A DNA stretch of 64,000 nucleotides from an uncultured Dehalococcoidales bacterium. Its GTDB lineage: Bacteria; Chloroflexota; Dehalococcoidia; GIF9; UBA5629. The notes beneath the pieces were generated by a model. It made no database searches and had not been told where the DNA came from. It worked only from the letters and a program-made list of their open reading frames with translations. The position numbers and the translations under genes were made by a program. Each line of letters begins with the position of its first letter. The stretch's first letter is position 1. The stretch lies in the NCBI GenBank assembly GCA_964485235.1, contig CAZAIO010000001.1, forward strand, positions 8,657 through 72,656. The letters are read 5' to 3'. Below, in pieces: positions 48,429 through 58,471 of this stretch.

Positions 48429-51293
48429 TCATGCAGTGACGGGGTATTCGCACTTTGAAACTGCAAGGTTATCCCGAAGGTATCGTCCGGTAGCCGAGTT
48501 TTCGTTCATTGCCACCTTTTCCGGAGTACCCGTAGCAACGATATGTCCGCCGTCATCACCTGCGCCGGGACCCAGATCGATTATATAATCGGCATTCTTC
48601 ACTACATCCAGATTATGCTCGATAATCACCACCGTATTCCCTGAATCGACCAGTCGCTGTAAAACTTTGAGCAAACAATCGATATCGGCAAATGATAGCC
48701 CTGTCGTCGGCTCATCCAGAATATAAAGCGTTTTCCCTGTAGACCGGCGTGATAATTCGGTAGCCAGTTTGACCCGTTGAGCTTCACCACCGGACAGTGT
48801 CGGAGCAGGCTGGCCAAGACGCATATAACCCAACCCTACATCTTTCAGCGTCTCCAGCTTATTTTTCAATCTGGGCTGATTTGAGAAGAATTCCAGAGCT
48901 TCATCAACGGTCATATTCAGTACATCGGCAATATTCTTACCCTTGAAGTGAACTTCCAATGCTTCCCTGTTATATCTTTTTCCTTTGCAGATTTCACATG
49001 GTACAGTAACATCAGGAAGAAACTGCATTTCAATTTGAATATAGCCTTCACCCTGGCATGCTTCGCACCGTCCGCCTTTCACATTGAATGAAAACCGTCC
49101 CGGCATATAACCACGCATTCTGGCTTCGGGAACAGATGCAAAAAGCTCTCTCACAGGCGTAAACGTTCCTGTATAGGTAGCAGGATTGCTCCTCGGAGTA
49201 CGGCCTATCGGCGACTGGTCTATATTCACCACTTTATCGATATGCTCGATGCCGGTAATTCCCTCGCACAGCCCTCCCCTGTCTTTTGCCCTGTACATTG
49301 TCGCTGCAAGGTTCTTATATAATATATCGTTGATGAGCGTGCTCTTTCCACTCCCAGATACTCCGCTTATGCAAACAAACTTCCCGAGCGGTATTTTCAC
49401 GTCTAGATGTTTCAAATTATTCTCGGCAGCACCTTTTATTTCCAGGTATTTCCCTGAGCCTTTACGGCGATGATCGGGCAACGGTATCTGTTTCGCTTTA
49501 CTGAGGTACTGTCCGGTAAGCGACCGGTTACATTTCGTAATATCGGACATAGTACCGCTTGCAACAACGTATCCTCCGTGTTCTCCCGCACCGGGTCCAA
49601 TATCGACGATATAGTCTGCTGCGCGCATCATCGCCTCATCATGTTCGACAATAATGACCGAATTTCCCAGGTCCCTCAACCGTTTGAGGGTATCTATTAA
49701 ACGGTGCACATCGGCAGGATGCAAGCCTATTGTCGGCTCATCGCAAATATACAGCACTCCCATAAGCCCGCTGCCGATTTGTGTCGCCAGACGTATACGT
49801 TGCGCCTCACCACCGCTTAAAGTCGCCGAGGGCCTGTCAAGCGTTAGATAACCCAGACCGATGTCATTAAGAAATCCAAGACGTGTATTTATCTCTTTCA
49901 AAATCTGATGAGCTATTAAAAGCTCGTTAGCAGACAAACAGGACTTTGTATCCGATTCGTTACCTACATAGTGTATCCACCGGGACATTGCAAAAGCGGA
50001 CAATCCGGTCACTTCAATGATATTTTTCTTATCTACCGTAACAGCAAGCGATTCCGGTTTAAGTCGTTTGCCTTCACATACAGGACACATTCTGGTTGCC
50101 ATATATCGTTCGATATGCGCCCTTGAATTACCGGATTCCGTCTCTCGATATAAACGTTCCAGCCGTGTAACAGCCCCTTCGTAACCGGTGAAATACTCTC
50201 TTACCTTTCCATATTTGTTTCTATATTTCACGGACTCGTTGTTTTCTCCATATAAAACAAGATTCAGGTGCTCCGGCTTCAGGTCTTTAATGGGAGTATG
50301 AAGCGAAAAACCATGACGTCGTGCAAGCGCCTGCAATTCAGTTGCATACCAGGTACCCCACCCCCACGCCCCTATAGCGCCCTCGACCAGGCTCAGGTTT
50401 TTATCAGGTATCAGAATATCTGTATCTATTTCCATTTTAATGCCGAGCCCTCCGCAAGCGGGACATGCGCCGTGCGGGCTATTGAAGCTAAAAGTTCGTG
50501 GAGCAATCTCACCCAGGCTGATACCGCAATAAACACAGGCAAAATGTTCTGAAAAAAGTAATTCTTCACCGTCTACAATAGACACCAGCACCACCCCACC
50601 TCCGAGTTTCAACGCTGTTTCCAGTGAATCAGTAATCCTGCTGCTTTCATCATCATTCCCTGTCTGAAGCCGGTCAACAACCACCTCAATCGTATGCTTT
50701 TTATTTTTGTCCAGATCAAATTCTTCAGAAAGGTCATGGATAATACCGTCAATCCGCACACGAACGAAACCAGCCTTGCGTAAATCATCAAAAACAGACC
50801 TGTGTTCTCCCTTTCTGTCCTTCACAAGCGGTGCCAGGATCATTATTCTTTTTCCGGCAGGTATTGACTGTACCGCATCGACAATTTGTTGTACCGTTTG
50901 TTTTGAAATCTCACGACCGCAGTTAGGACAATGCGGATGACCTACACGGGCAAACAGAAGTCTCAAATAATCGTAGATTTCTGTTACCGTTCCTACGGTA
51001 GATCTCGGATTGTGAGAGGGCCCCTTCTGGTCGATCGAAATGGCAGGGCTTAGCCCTTCAATATAATCGACATCCGGTTTCTCCATTTTACCTAAAAATT
51101 GGCGTGCATAAGCAGCAAGCGATTCCATATACCGTCGCTGCCCTTCAGCATAGATGGTATCAAAAGCAAGAGAGCTTTTCCCCGACCCCGAAACGCCGGT
51201 AATAGCGACAAGCTTATCCCGGGGTATTGAAATATCGATATTCTTTAAATTATGTTCGCGCGCACCTTTTACAATTATCGAGTCAAGAGACAC
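48429..51293 (-). CDS. uvrA: Excinuclease ABC subunit A.
   Basis: Two ABC modules (GVSGSGKSS..., [10 protein letters not shown]...) with zinc-finger cysteine clusters. Length 954 aa. Confidence 0.95.
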   Translation of the reverse strand: MSLDSIIVKGAREHNLKNIDISIPRDKLVAITGVSGSGKSSLAFDTIYAEGQRRYMESLAAYARQFLGKMEKPDVDYIEGLSPAISIDQKGPSHNPRSTVGTVTEIYDYLRLLFARVGHPHCPNCGREISKQTVQQIVDAVQSIPAGKRIMILAPLVKDRKGEHRSVFDDLRKAGFVRVRIDGIIHDLSEEFDLDKNKKHTIEVVVDRLQTGNDDESSRITDSLETALKLGGGVVLVSIVDGEELLFSEHFACVYCGISLGEIAPRTFSFNSPHGACPACGGLGIKMEIDTDILIPDKNLSLVEGAIGAWGWGTWYATELQALARRHGFSLHTPIKDLKPEHLNLVLYGENNESVKYRNKYGKVREYFTGYEGAVTRLERLYRETESGNSRAHIERYMATRMCPVCEGKRLKPESLAVTVDKKNIIEVTGLSAFAMSRWIHYVGNESDTKSCLSANELLIAHQILKEINTRLGFLNDIGLGYLTLDRPSATLSGGEAQRIRLATQIGSGLMGVLYICDEPTIGLHPADVHRLIDTLKRLRDLGNSVIIVEHDEAMMRAADYIVDIGPGAGEHGGYVVASGTMSDITKCNRSLTGQYLSKAKQIPLPDHRRKGSGKYLEIKGAAENNLKHLDVKIPLGKFVCISGVSGSGKSTLINDILYKNLAATMYRAKDRGGLCEGITGIEHIDKVVNIDQSPIGRTPRSNPATYTGTFTPVRELFASVPEARMRGYMPGRFSFNVKGGRCEACQGEGYIQIEMQFLPDVTVPCEICKGKRYNREALEVHFKGKNIADVLNMTVDEALEFFSNQPRLKNKLETLKDVGLGYMRLGQPAPTLSGGEAQRVKLATELSRRSTGKTLYILDEPTTGLSFADIDCLLKVLQRLVDSGNTVVIIEHNLDVVKNADYIIDLGPGAGDDGGHIVATGTPEKVAMNENSATGRYLRDNLAVSKCEYPVTA

Positions 51294-51339
51294 ATTTATT
51301 CCTCATAACAACATATACTAAAATTTAATTTTAACATGA

Positions 51340-51378
51340 CCGGAAAATAAAGACACAAACCGGTCGTTATGACCGGTT
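51340..51378 (-). terminator. Terminator hairpin after the AI-2E transporter gene.
   Basis: Stem aaccggtc / gaccggtt with loop gttat. A U-run follows on the minus strand. Confidence 0.4.
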
Positions 51379-51443
51379 TAAAACGCAGTATGGTAAAAAA
51401 AGGCCCCTATTGAAATTCTTCTGAACAATACCGACCGGATAAA

Positions 51444-52568
51444 TCACTCCTCCGGTACATTTTCCGTAACATTTTGAGAAGATACTTCAGTTTCTTCTTT
51501 AGCAGCATTTGTGCGGACATATTTATAGATTTCGACGATCGTCGCGGTCAAAGGAGCAATCAATATAATACCCCAGATACCGGCAAGGTAAGAGCCAAGC
51601 ACTATCAATACCATTAGCACAGCCGGATTGATATGCAGCAGCCCTCCCTGTATTCTGGGAACGAGAAAAATATTCTCTACCTGTTGTACTGCAAGATACA
51701 CGACTGCCACCCATATAACTTTGTCCGGTGCAGTAGCAAGCGCTACCATCACACCAACCGCTGCCCCAAGCCATGGTCCAAGGATCGGAATAAGTTCAGT
51801 GAATCCTGCGACCACAGCAAGAGGGACTGCTAGCTTGATTCTTAATATACTCAGCCCGATGAAATCCAGTGAGGCAACCACCAGACCGAGAAGTAATTGG
51901 GCCCGTACATATCTACCTAATATATTTTCGACAATATTGATCACATTATGTGTATGTATCGCAACGCCGGGTGAGAGATATGAATAAAAACCTTCTTTCA
52001 GTTTTTCCGTGTCTTTTAAGATAAAGAACAGGAAAATCGGCAGAGATATGAGGGCAAGCACGAAATTAACTGTCGTAGGTATGAACTCAAGCGTGTTCAT
52101 AACTCCCTGTTGTATAGTGCCGCTCGCTTTTCCTCCGATCTCTTTAATATAGTTATTCACCTCCTGTTGCCATTCCTCGGGAATACTATATCGAAAAGAA
52201 TCGAGCCAGCCTTCTATGGTTTTCCATGCCCCTGTAATATAACTCGGTGCATTCTGAATTAATACAATAAATGAATCGGCAACTTCGGAGATAATATAGA
52301 ATATAAAAAGACCGACTATCGCGATTACCAGTAAAAAGATCACGAATATTAATACGATCCGTTTCGTGTGATGGTATTTCCCTTTATAAGGTAATTTCTT
52401 CTCAATCCAGTTAATTACCGGATGTACAAGATATGCAATGACAATACCTATGATAAAAGGAAATATTGCACTGCGTAATGCATAAAGAATTGCAAACGTG
52501 ATAATGAGACCGATTAAAAAGAAGATCAGATTACGGTGTCTTTGAAATATACCCTGGTTATCAGACAA
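51444..52568 (-). CDS. AI-2E family transporter (PerM-like permease).
   Basis: 8-helix membrane protein with a hydrophilic C-terminus and an AI-2E-like central loop. Confidence 0.75.
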   Translation of the reverse strand: MSDNQGIFQRHRNLIFFLIGLIITFAILYALRSAIFPFIIGIVIAYLVHPVINWIEKKLPYKGKYHHTKRIVLIFVIFLLVIAIVGLFIFYIISEVADSFIVLIQNAPSYITGAWKTIEGWLDSFRYSIPEEWQQEVNNYIKEIGGKASGTIQQGVMNTLEFIPTTVNFVLALISLPIFLFFILKDTEKLKEGFYSYLSPGVAIHTHNVINIVENILGRYVRAQLLLGLVVASLDFIGLSILRIKLAVPLAVVAGFTELIPILGPWLGAAVGVMVALATAPDKVIWVAVVYLAVQQVENIFLVPRIQGGLLHINPAVLMVLIVLGSYLAGIWGIILIAPLTATIVEIYKYVRTNAAKEETEVSSQNVTENVPEE

Positions 52569-52784
52569 AAATACACCCCATATATTGAATCCGGCAGAGT
52601 CCGGTAAATTCGTTTTTGATCTTCACCGAACTTATACAGTCCTTATTGTACGGTAAGATAACCTGTATTTGATATAACATACTCCACTCAAGGAAAGTTT
52701 ATATCAAGTTCAGGTTATCGTATCGGATACATATATCTTCCGCTTATATATACCCCCGTACTCCAACCACGTCCACTACTCTGT

Positions 52785-53015
52785 TTAAGCATCCCCCGTC
52801 AGTTCATCTGCTTTTTTCTTCATCTCAGCAGCAGTCTCTTTAATTTTTTCCGCTGTCTCAAATGCCCTTTCTCTTACCTCTTCAGCTTTTTCCCTGATAA
52901 AATATCGAGTTTCCACTCCTGAACGGGGAGCATAGAGCACTCCGGCTGCCAATCCAACCACCGCACCTACAATAAAGCCAACAAGAAATCCGGTATTTTC
53001 ATCCTTGCTAGACAT
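52785..53015 (-). CDS. YtxH-like small membrane-associated stress protein.
   Basis: GFxxGxxxGxxxGxLxAPxSG N-terminus followed by a charged helix. Confidence 0.5.
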   Translation of the reverse strand: MSSKDENTGFLVGFIVGAVVGLAAGVLYAPRSGVETRYFIREKAEEVRERAFETAEKIKETAAEMKKKADELTGDA

Positions 53016-53334
53016 CTTTGCCTCCTTTTTTTTCGGTAAACGAATTAATTAGTTCATATCCCTTGCGTATACCCTGGATGATAGACATTATCTGTACTAA
53101 CGGACTCAGTATTTCAGATTTCACATCCACGATATCCTGATGTACTTCTGAAACAATATCCTTGAACTGTTCCGTCGTCAACTCGACCGCATTCATTATC
53201 ATCCTGGTTTTTTTAACCAATGACTTTATGATTGTAGATAAATATATAGTCACCCCGATAATAACAAGAATCAGAATGCAGGTAACCGCCCCGGCTATGC
53301 ATATTATTAAGTCCCTGTACCATTCAATACCCAT
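53008..53334 (-). CDS. DUF948-like N-terminally anchored protein.
   Basis: One transmembrane helix then a coiled-coil region. Overlaps the ytxH-like gene by 8 nt, as in Firmicute ytxG-ytxH pairs. Confidence 0.45.
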   Translation of the reverse strand: MGIEWYRDLIICIAGAVTCILILVIIGVTIYLSTIIKSLVKKTRMIMNAVELTTEQFKDIVSEVHQDIVDVKSEILSPLVQIMSIIQGIRKGYELINSFTEKKGGKDV

Positions 53335-53430
53335 TCTTTTCCTCCTATATTAAAATTTGTTATTTCTGCCTTTACATTAAATACAGCATTATAGGATTAA
53401 CCTGCCGACGCCGTTCGACATCACCATATA

Positions 53431-54159
53431 TTAAGGTATCAAAATGCAGTCCTTCATTTTCACAGACATAAAATAACCATCGCATTTTCCCTCTATAGTC
53501 ACTATATCACCGGGCTCGAGGCCGGATACTTCTGAGCCATGTTGCCCGTCGAACGTGCACTGGATTTCCCAGTCCTCAATACTGCCTCCGGATAATTTGA
53601 TAAAATATATCCCCATGATATTCTTATTAACACTGCTCACCTTACCTGTCACTTCTAAAACTTTACCTTTATAAAGGTTATCTGCCGCTACCTCGTCTTT
53701 CGCATAATCATCGCTTAACTTTTCAGCAGTAAGTTCAAACGCAACATTGCCCAGAGTTGCCGGTGCAGTTTGTGGTGTACTCTGTCCGGACTTTCCCTGC
53801 AAAAATGAATCTATAGCAAAGACCGCGGTAATACATAACATGATCACAATAAACCCTACAAGCCAGGGGGTAGCGGGATTCCGTGTCATTCCTGACGGTT
53901 TCTGCTTCTTCTCAGGCTTCTTTTCATTCAGCTCGGAGGATTTATCGCCGTTAGGAACCGGCTCCGGTTCTACCTCCTGGTCAGCTTTGATTCCCCAATC
54001 AAGCGCAACGCCGCAATTCGGACACGCATTATAATCGGCGCTGATATTTGCCCTGCACTGCGGGCATTTATAATGAAACGGTTCCCCGCAACGAATACAA
54101 AAACGGTTCCCTAGATTATTCTGTTCTCCACATTTATAACATTGCACTAATTGCTGCAT
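53431..54159 (-). CDS. Double zinc-ribbon membrane protein with a C-terminal OB-fold (tRNA_anti-like) ectodomain.
   Basis: Same cysteine-pair pattern in the first 55 aa as the ORF at 12051, a Pro/Glu-rich linker, and a transmembrane helix. Confidence 0.5.
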   Translation of the reverse strand: MQQLVQCYKCGEQNNLGNRFCIRCGEPFHYKCPQCRANISADYNACPNCGVALDWGIKADQEVEPEPVPNGDKSSELNEKKPEKKQKPSGMTRNPATPWLVGFIVIMLCITAVFAIDSFLQGKSGQSTPQTAPATLGNVAFELTAEKLSDDYAKDEVAADNLYKGKVLEVTGKVSSVNKNIMGIYFIKLSGGSIEDWEIQCTFDGQHGSEVSGLEPGDIVTIEGKCDGYFMSVKMKDCILIP

Positions 54160-54370
54160 GACATCCGATCAAACTATATATACTATGCACATTTTATCTA
54201 TATTTGTAGTTTTTTACACCTGATCTGTATTATATCAAAGCGAATGTAATTTGGTTCATGTAACAACGGGAAATTATTACTGAAATAATCTAAACTCCAG
54301 TCGTCATTACGATAACACTCTATGGATGTAACTATATATTAATTTATTTTTATACACAATAGTCAATCTG

Positions 54371-54408
54371 ATAAAAAAGGCATAAAGAGGAATTCCTCTT
54401 TATGCCTT
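54371..54408 (-). terminator. Terminator of the SDR gene.
   Basis: Perfect 14-bp stem aaggcataaagagg / cctctttatgcctt with loop aatt. The minus strand reads hairpin then TTTTTTAT. Confidence 0.55.
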
Positions 54409-54448
54409 TGAAGACAAGAAGAAACGTATGGATTTTTATATTATCCGG

Positions 54449-55396
54449 TTAATCAAGAGCGATATTGGATAGACCGGCAGTCATTGTAGGCATGATCTTA
54501 AACATCTCTTCTACATCGAATGCGCCATCCTTGAAAGCAATCTTCTCCTCATCCATATAGTTAAAAATACTTACACGGCCTTCCATTACAAGGAAAATAT
54601 GACCGTTCACTTTGGACGATTCCTTGCTCGATAGCCAGCATACGGCTGGACCGATAGCTTCCGGTGAACCGCCGATAAACTTCTTTTTCAATTCGTCAAT
54701 AGGCAACGTATCGGCCCCCTCTATACCACGGCTTGCAGCGAGTGTCCGCATTCTATCATCAGGAATTGAATCGGATATCTGGGTAAGCGCACGTGGTACT
54801 ATTGCGTTACATGTAATTCCCGACTTCCACAGGGCCAGCGCACAGGAGTAGGTGAAACCGATCACACCTGCTTTAGCAGCACTGTAATTCGGCTGTCCGA
54901 CGTTTCCTTTTATCGCTGCATATGAGCTGCCATTAATAATTCGTCCGTATTCCTGTTTACCCTCTTTGATAGCATCTCTCATATGCCGTACTGCTTCCCT
55001 GGTACAATAGAAATGCCCGTACAGGTGTGTCTTTATGACCTGGTCCCATTCCTCATCGGTCATATTCCACAACATTCGGTCCTTGATAATACCTGCATTA
55101 TTTACCAGAATATCTATCCTGCCAAAATTATCTATAGCTGTTTTTATGATATTATTTGCACTTTCCGGATTGTCCACCGAATCGTAGTTCGCAACCGCAA
55201 TACCTCCGCTACTCTTTATTTCCTCAACCACTTCATCGGCTACCATTGGTGTTTTCGGATTTCCGCTGGTTGATTTGCTCCGGGCATTGATTACCACTTT
55301 TGCACCTTCTGCAGCCATCCCCATAGCAATGCCTTTGCCAATCCCTCTTCCACTCCCCGTTACGACAGCTACTTTGTCTTTTAACCTGTCAGCCAT
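54449..55396 (-). CDS. SDR-family dehydrogenase (17β-HSD4 / MFE-2 N-terminal-like 3-hydroxyacyl-CoA dehydrogenase type).
   Basis: TGSGRGIG, NNAG, Y-x3-K (YSAAK). 315 aa with a C-terminal extension. Confidence 0.7.
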   Translation of the reverse strand: MADRLKDKVAVVTGSGRGIGKGIAMGMAAEGAKVVINARSKSTSGNPKTPMVADEVVEEIKSSGGIAVANYDSVDNPESANNIIKTAIDNFGRIDILVNNAGIIKDRMLWNMTDEEWDQVIKTHLYGHFYCTREAVRHMRDAIKEGKQEYGRIINGSSYAAIKGNVGQPNYSAAKAGVIGFTYSCALALWKSGITCNAIVPRALTQISDSIPDDRMRTLAASRGIEGADTLPIDELKKKFIGGSPEAIGPAVCWLSSKESSKVNGHIFLVMEGRVSIFNYMDEEKIAFKDGAFDVEEMFKIMPTMTAGLSNIALD

Positions 55397-55746
55397 ATTA
55401 TTTTCCTCCTGAATTATCTTTGTGAATATATTATTTACCTGTCATTACCGACAGGTTGAGTATAACGTGCAGACAGATGTTATGATAGCAGAATAATATC
55501 CCCGACTACAATGGTAAGCGTATTATTTATTATTATCACATCGTATAGTTGCAAAGGCTCGTAAAGTTATGTAATTGTCTTGACACGATAACATATAATA
55601 TAGGCTAGAAACAGACTTAAGTAATTCATGCTGGAGTCTCCGCTTTCACCGTCGTGTTGCGCTGTCGGCTTTTCATATATTATAGATAGCCTGCGACATA
55701 CGTATACACGCCATAAAAAAATATATATTAAACATCTTTACATGAA

Positions 55747-56730
55747 ATGAAAATTGTAGTTACCGGTGCTTCAGGGCACCTCGGCGCCAACTTAATACGG
55801 ACACTTCTGGATAAAGGCGAGGATCTTACAGCCCTCACTCATATCGACCATCGCGCTCTTGATGGACTTGATATAAAAACGGCATCATGTGATATTTGTG
55901 ATCCTGCGTCAATGCACGGGGTATTCGAAGGGGCGGATATTGTGTTCCACGCAGCAGGACATATCTCAATATTGATGCACGAACAACACAAATTTGAAAT
56001 GATAAACGTAACGGGCACACAAAATGTTGTCGAGGAATGTCTTCATAGTGGGGTCCGGCGTCTGGTGTATTTCAGCTCGATCCATGCATTTGAACAGGAA
56101 CCGTTCGATATGCTGCTTGATGAATCACGTCCTCTGGTAAAAAAAAGCCGGAAAAGCTTACCTTATGATATGTCAAAAGCCGCTGCAGAAAGGGAAATCC
56201 GGAAAGGAATAGAAAAAGGGCTGGATGCCGTAATAATCAATCCTACGGCAATTATTGGCCCATATGATTTCCGCCCTTCTCACTGTGGCGAAGCGATCCT
56301 TTTAATGGCCCGGGGTAAACTACCGTCGCTGGTTTCCGGTGGATTTAACTGGGTTGATGCACGGGATGTTGCTGCCGGTGCGATTAATGCAGCGCAAAAA
56401 GCCGCGTGCGGCGAAAAATACCTGCTATCAGGTCACTGGGTATCGGTACGGGATATGGCGACACTTGTCCAGGAAATAACCGGAAAACGCGCACCGCGTG
56501 TTACATGTCCGCTGTGGCTTGCATCTGCCGGAACACCGTTTATCGCATTGTCTTCCCGGTTGACCGGTAAACGTCCGTTATATACTCCTGTATCGCTAAA
56601 AGCCTTATATAGCAATCGTCATATCAGCCATCAAAAAGCGACAAATGATCTCGATTATCATCCCCGGCCGTTTAGAGATACGATTATCGATACACTCCGC
56701 TGGTTTAAAGAGTACGGATATCTGGATTAA
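55747..56730 (+). CDS. NAD(P)-dependent epimerase/dehydratase, extended-SDR family (3β-HSD / NSDHL-like).
   Basis: N-terminal VTGASGHLG Rossmann motif. 327 aa extended-SDR length. A YxxxK is present. Confidence 0.65.
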   Translation: MKIVVTGASGHLGANLIRTLLDKGEDLTALTHIDHRALDGLDIKTASCDICDPASMHGVFEGADIVFHAAGHISILMHEQHKFEMINVTGTQNVVEECLHSGVRRLVYFSSIHAFEQEPFDMLLDESRPLVKKSRKSLPYDMSKAAAEREIRKGIEKGLDAVIINPTAIIGPYDFRPSHCGEAILLMARGKLPSLVSGGFNWVDARDVAAGAINAAQKAACGEKYLLSGHWVSVRDMATLVQEITGKRAPRVTCPLWLASAGTPFIALSSRLTGKRPLYTPVSLKALYSNRHISHQKATNDLDYHPRPFRDTIIDTLRWFKEYGYLD

Positions 56731-56754
56731 AATTCAACATCCAGCGTAATTTAA

Positions 56755-57516
56755 ATGAACGAAAGAATTTTTTTTAATAGACTTATTATCGCATGGATGA
56801 TTATTGCGCTTGTCATCTTTATAGTACTCATTTTTATCAACGCTCCATACGGACGGCATACCCGGAAAGGATGGGGACTTACCATCGACAGCAGAATTGC
56901 ATGGATGGTTATGGAATCAGTATCGCCACTGGGATTCGCGGTCTGCTTCTGGCTGGGAAACAATGTCAAGACAGTCACACTGGTGGTCTTTTTATGTATG
57001 TGGGAAGCACATTATATACACAGGGCTTTTATCTATCCTTTTAGTTTGAACTCGGTAGTCAAACGGATGCCCGTACTGATTATCGTATTTGCGATTATAT
57101 TCAACACAGGAAACGCCTATCTAAACGGTCGTTACCTGTTTACATTCGCGCCTCCCTATTCTAATGAATGGCTCACCGATCCCAGATTTATCTTCGGTTT
57201 CTTGCTTTTCGTCGGCGGTTTCGTTATAAACCGGAGTGCCGATAATATACTTCGTTCACTTCGTGGGCCGGGTGAACAGGATTATAAAATACCTTATGGC
57301 ATGTTATATCATTGGATCTCCAGTCCGAACTACCTGGGTGAAATATTAATATGGGTTGGTTGGGCGATCGCAACGTGGTCTTTACCGGGTGTTGCTTTTG
57401 CGCTGTGGACCATTGCAAATCTTGTACCGCGCGCCCGGGCTCACCATATGTGGTATAAAGAACATTTCAACAATTATCCTCCTGAACGCAAGGCTTTGAT
57501 ACCGCTGATATGGTAA
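56755..57516 (+). CDS. 3-oxo-5-alpha-steroid 4-dehydrogenase (SRD5A / polyprenol reductase) family membrane reductase.
   Basis: Polytopic membrane protein. The C-terminal block (LRGPGEQDYKIPYGMLYHWISSPNYLGEILIWVGWA...RARAHHMWYKEHFNNYPPERKALIPLIW) matches the conserved C-terminal domain of steroid 5α-reductases. Confidence 0.65.
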   Translation: MNERIFFNRLIIAWMIIALVIFIVLIFINAPYGRHTRKGWGLTIDSRIAWMVMESVSPLGFAVCFWLGNNVKTVTLVVFLCMWEAHYIHRAFIYPFSLNSVVKRMPVLIIVFAIIFNTGNAYLNGRYLFTFAPPYSNEWLTDPRFIFGFLLFVGGFVINRSADNILRSLRGPGEQDYKIPYGMLYHWISSPNYLGEILIWVGWAIATWSLPGVAFALWTIANLVPRARAHHMWYKEHFNNYPPERKALIPLIW

Positions 57517-57748
57517 ATATGCCCATAAATGTTGATATCACATTATTTAGAATAAATTGGTGCAAATAACACTTATTTGCTATAATCCGTTTATAACTAA
57601 GTTCAATTTTATATCCATCATAAACGAATAAAATCGGGACATATCAGTCCGTCTGATAACATGGTTTGAATTCTCGCACAATATATATGATATATATGCT
57701 ATTGTTAATCTGATCCTTGCATTATTTAATAAAACAAAGAAATAAGAC

Positions 57749-58345
57749 ATGAGTTCTTCAATTTCGGCGATTATCCTTGCTGCTGGAAAATCAACACGGA
57801 TGGGCACGCAAAAATTGTGCATGTCGCTCGGTGAACATACCATACTGGAACAAACTGTTGACAATTATCTCGATTCAAAAGTCGATGAGATCATAGTCGT
57901 CATAGGGCATGAAGCACAAAGGGTCCGGCAACTTATCGATAGAAAACCGATCACTATAGTTTATAATCATAGCTATGACAAAGGTATGAGCACGTCAATT
58001 ATATCCGGGCTGCAATATGTTAAAAAGACTACGCAAAGCGTCATGATTGCGCTGGGAGACCAACCTTATATTCACAGCGGCATAATCAATCTCATTATCG
58101 ACACACATAAAAAAAGTCCTAAAGGTATTACTGTACCGGCATATAAAGGAAATAGAGGCCATCCTGCTATTTTCAATATGTCCTATAAGGAAGAACTGCT
58201 TCACCTCGAAGGCGATACAGGAGGAAAACAGATAACAGATAGACATCCTGACGATGTCCTTGAAATAGATGTCGAGTTCGAAGAGATTATTGCGGATATC
58301 GACACTATAGATACCTATAATCAAACAATGAATAAGTTTAAATAA
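57749..58345 (+). CDS. MobA/MocA-like nucleotidyltransferase. Putative molybdenum cofactor cytidylyltransferase.
   Basis: N-terminal ILAAGKSTRMG and a conserved LGDQP motif. Confidence 0.55.
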   Translation: MSSSISAIILAAGKSTRMGTQKLCMSLGEHTILEQTVDNYLDSKVDEIIVVIGHEAQRVRQLIDRKPITIVYNHSYDKGMSTSIISGLQYVKKTTQSVMIALGDQPYIHSGIINLIIDTHKKSPKGITVPAYKGNRGHPAIFNMSYKEELLHLEGDTGGKQITDRHPDDVLEIDVEFEEIIADIDTIDTYNQTMNKFK

Positions 58346-58471
58346 TACTGCAATATATTCTCCGCTTATTAAGTAAAACAAGCGGGGACGGCAGACGATG
58401 CCGTTCGAATGCATTGCCGAACAGTACGATAAAAGACCAGTATACCGGTCTTGTTATAAATAATAGCTGTA

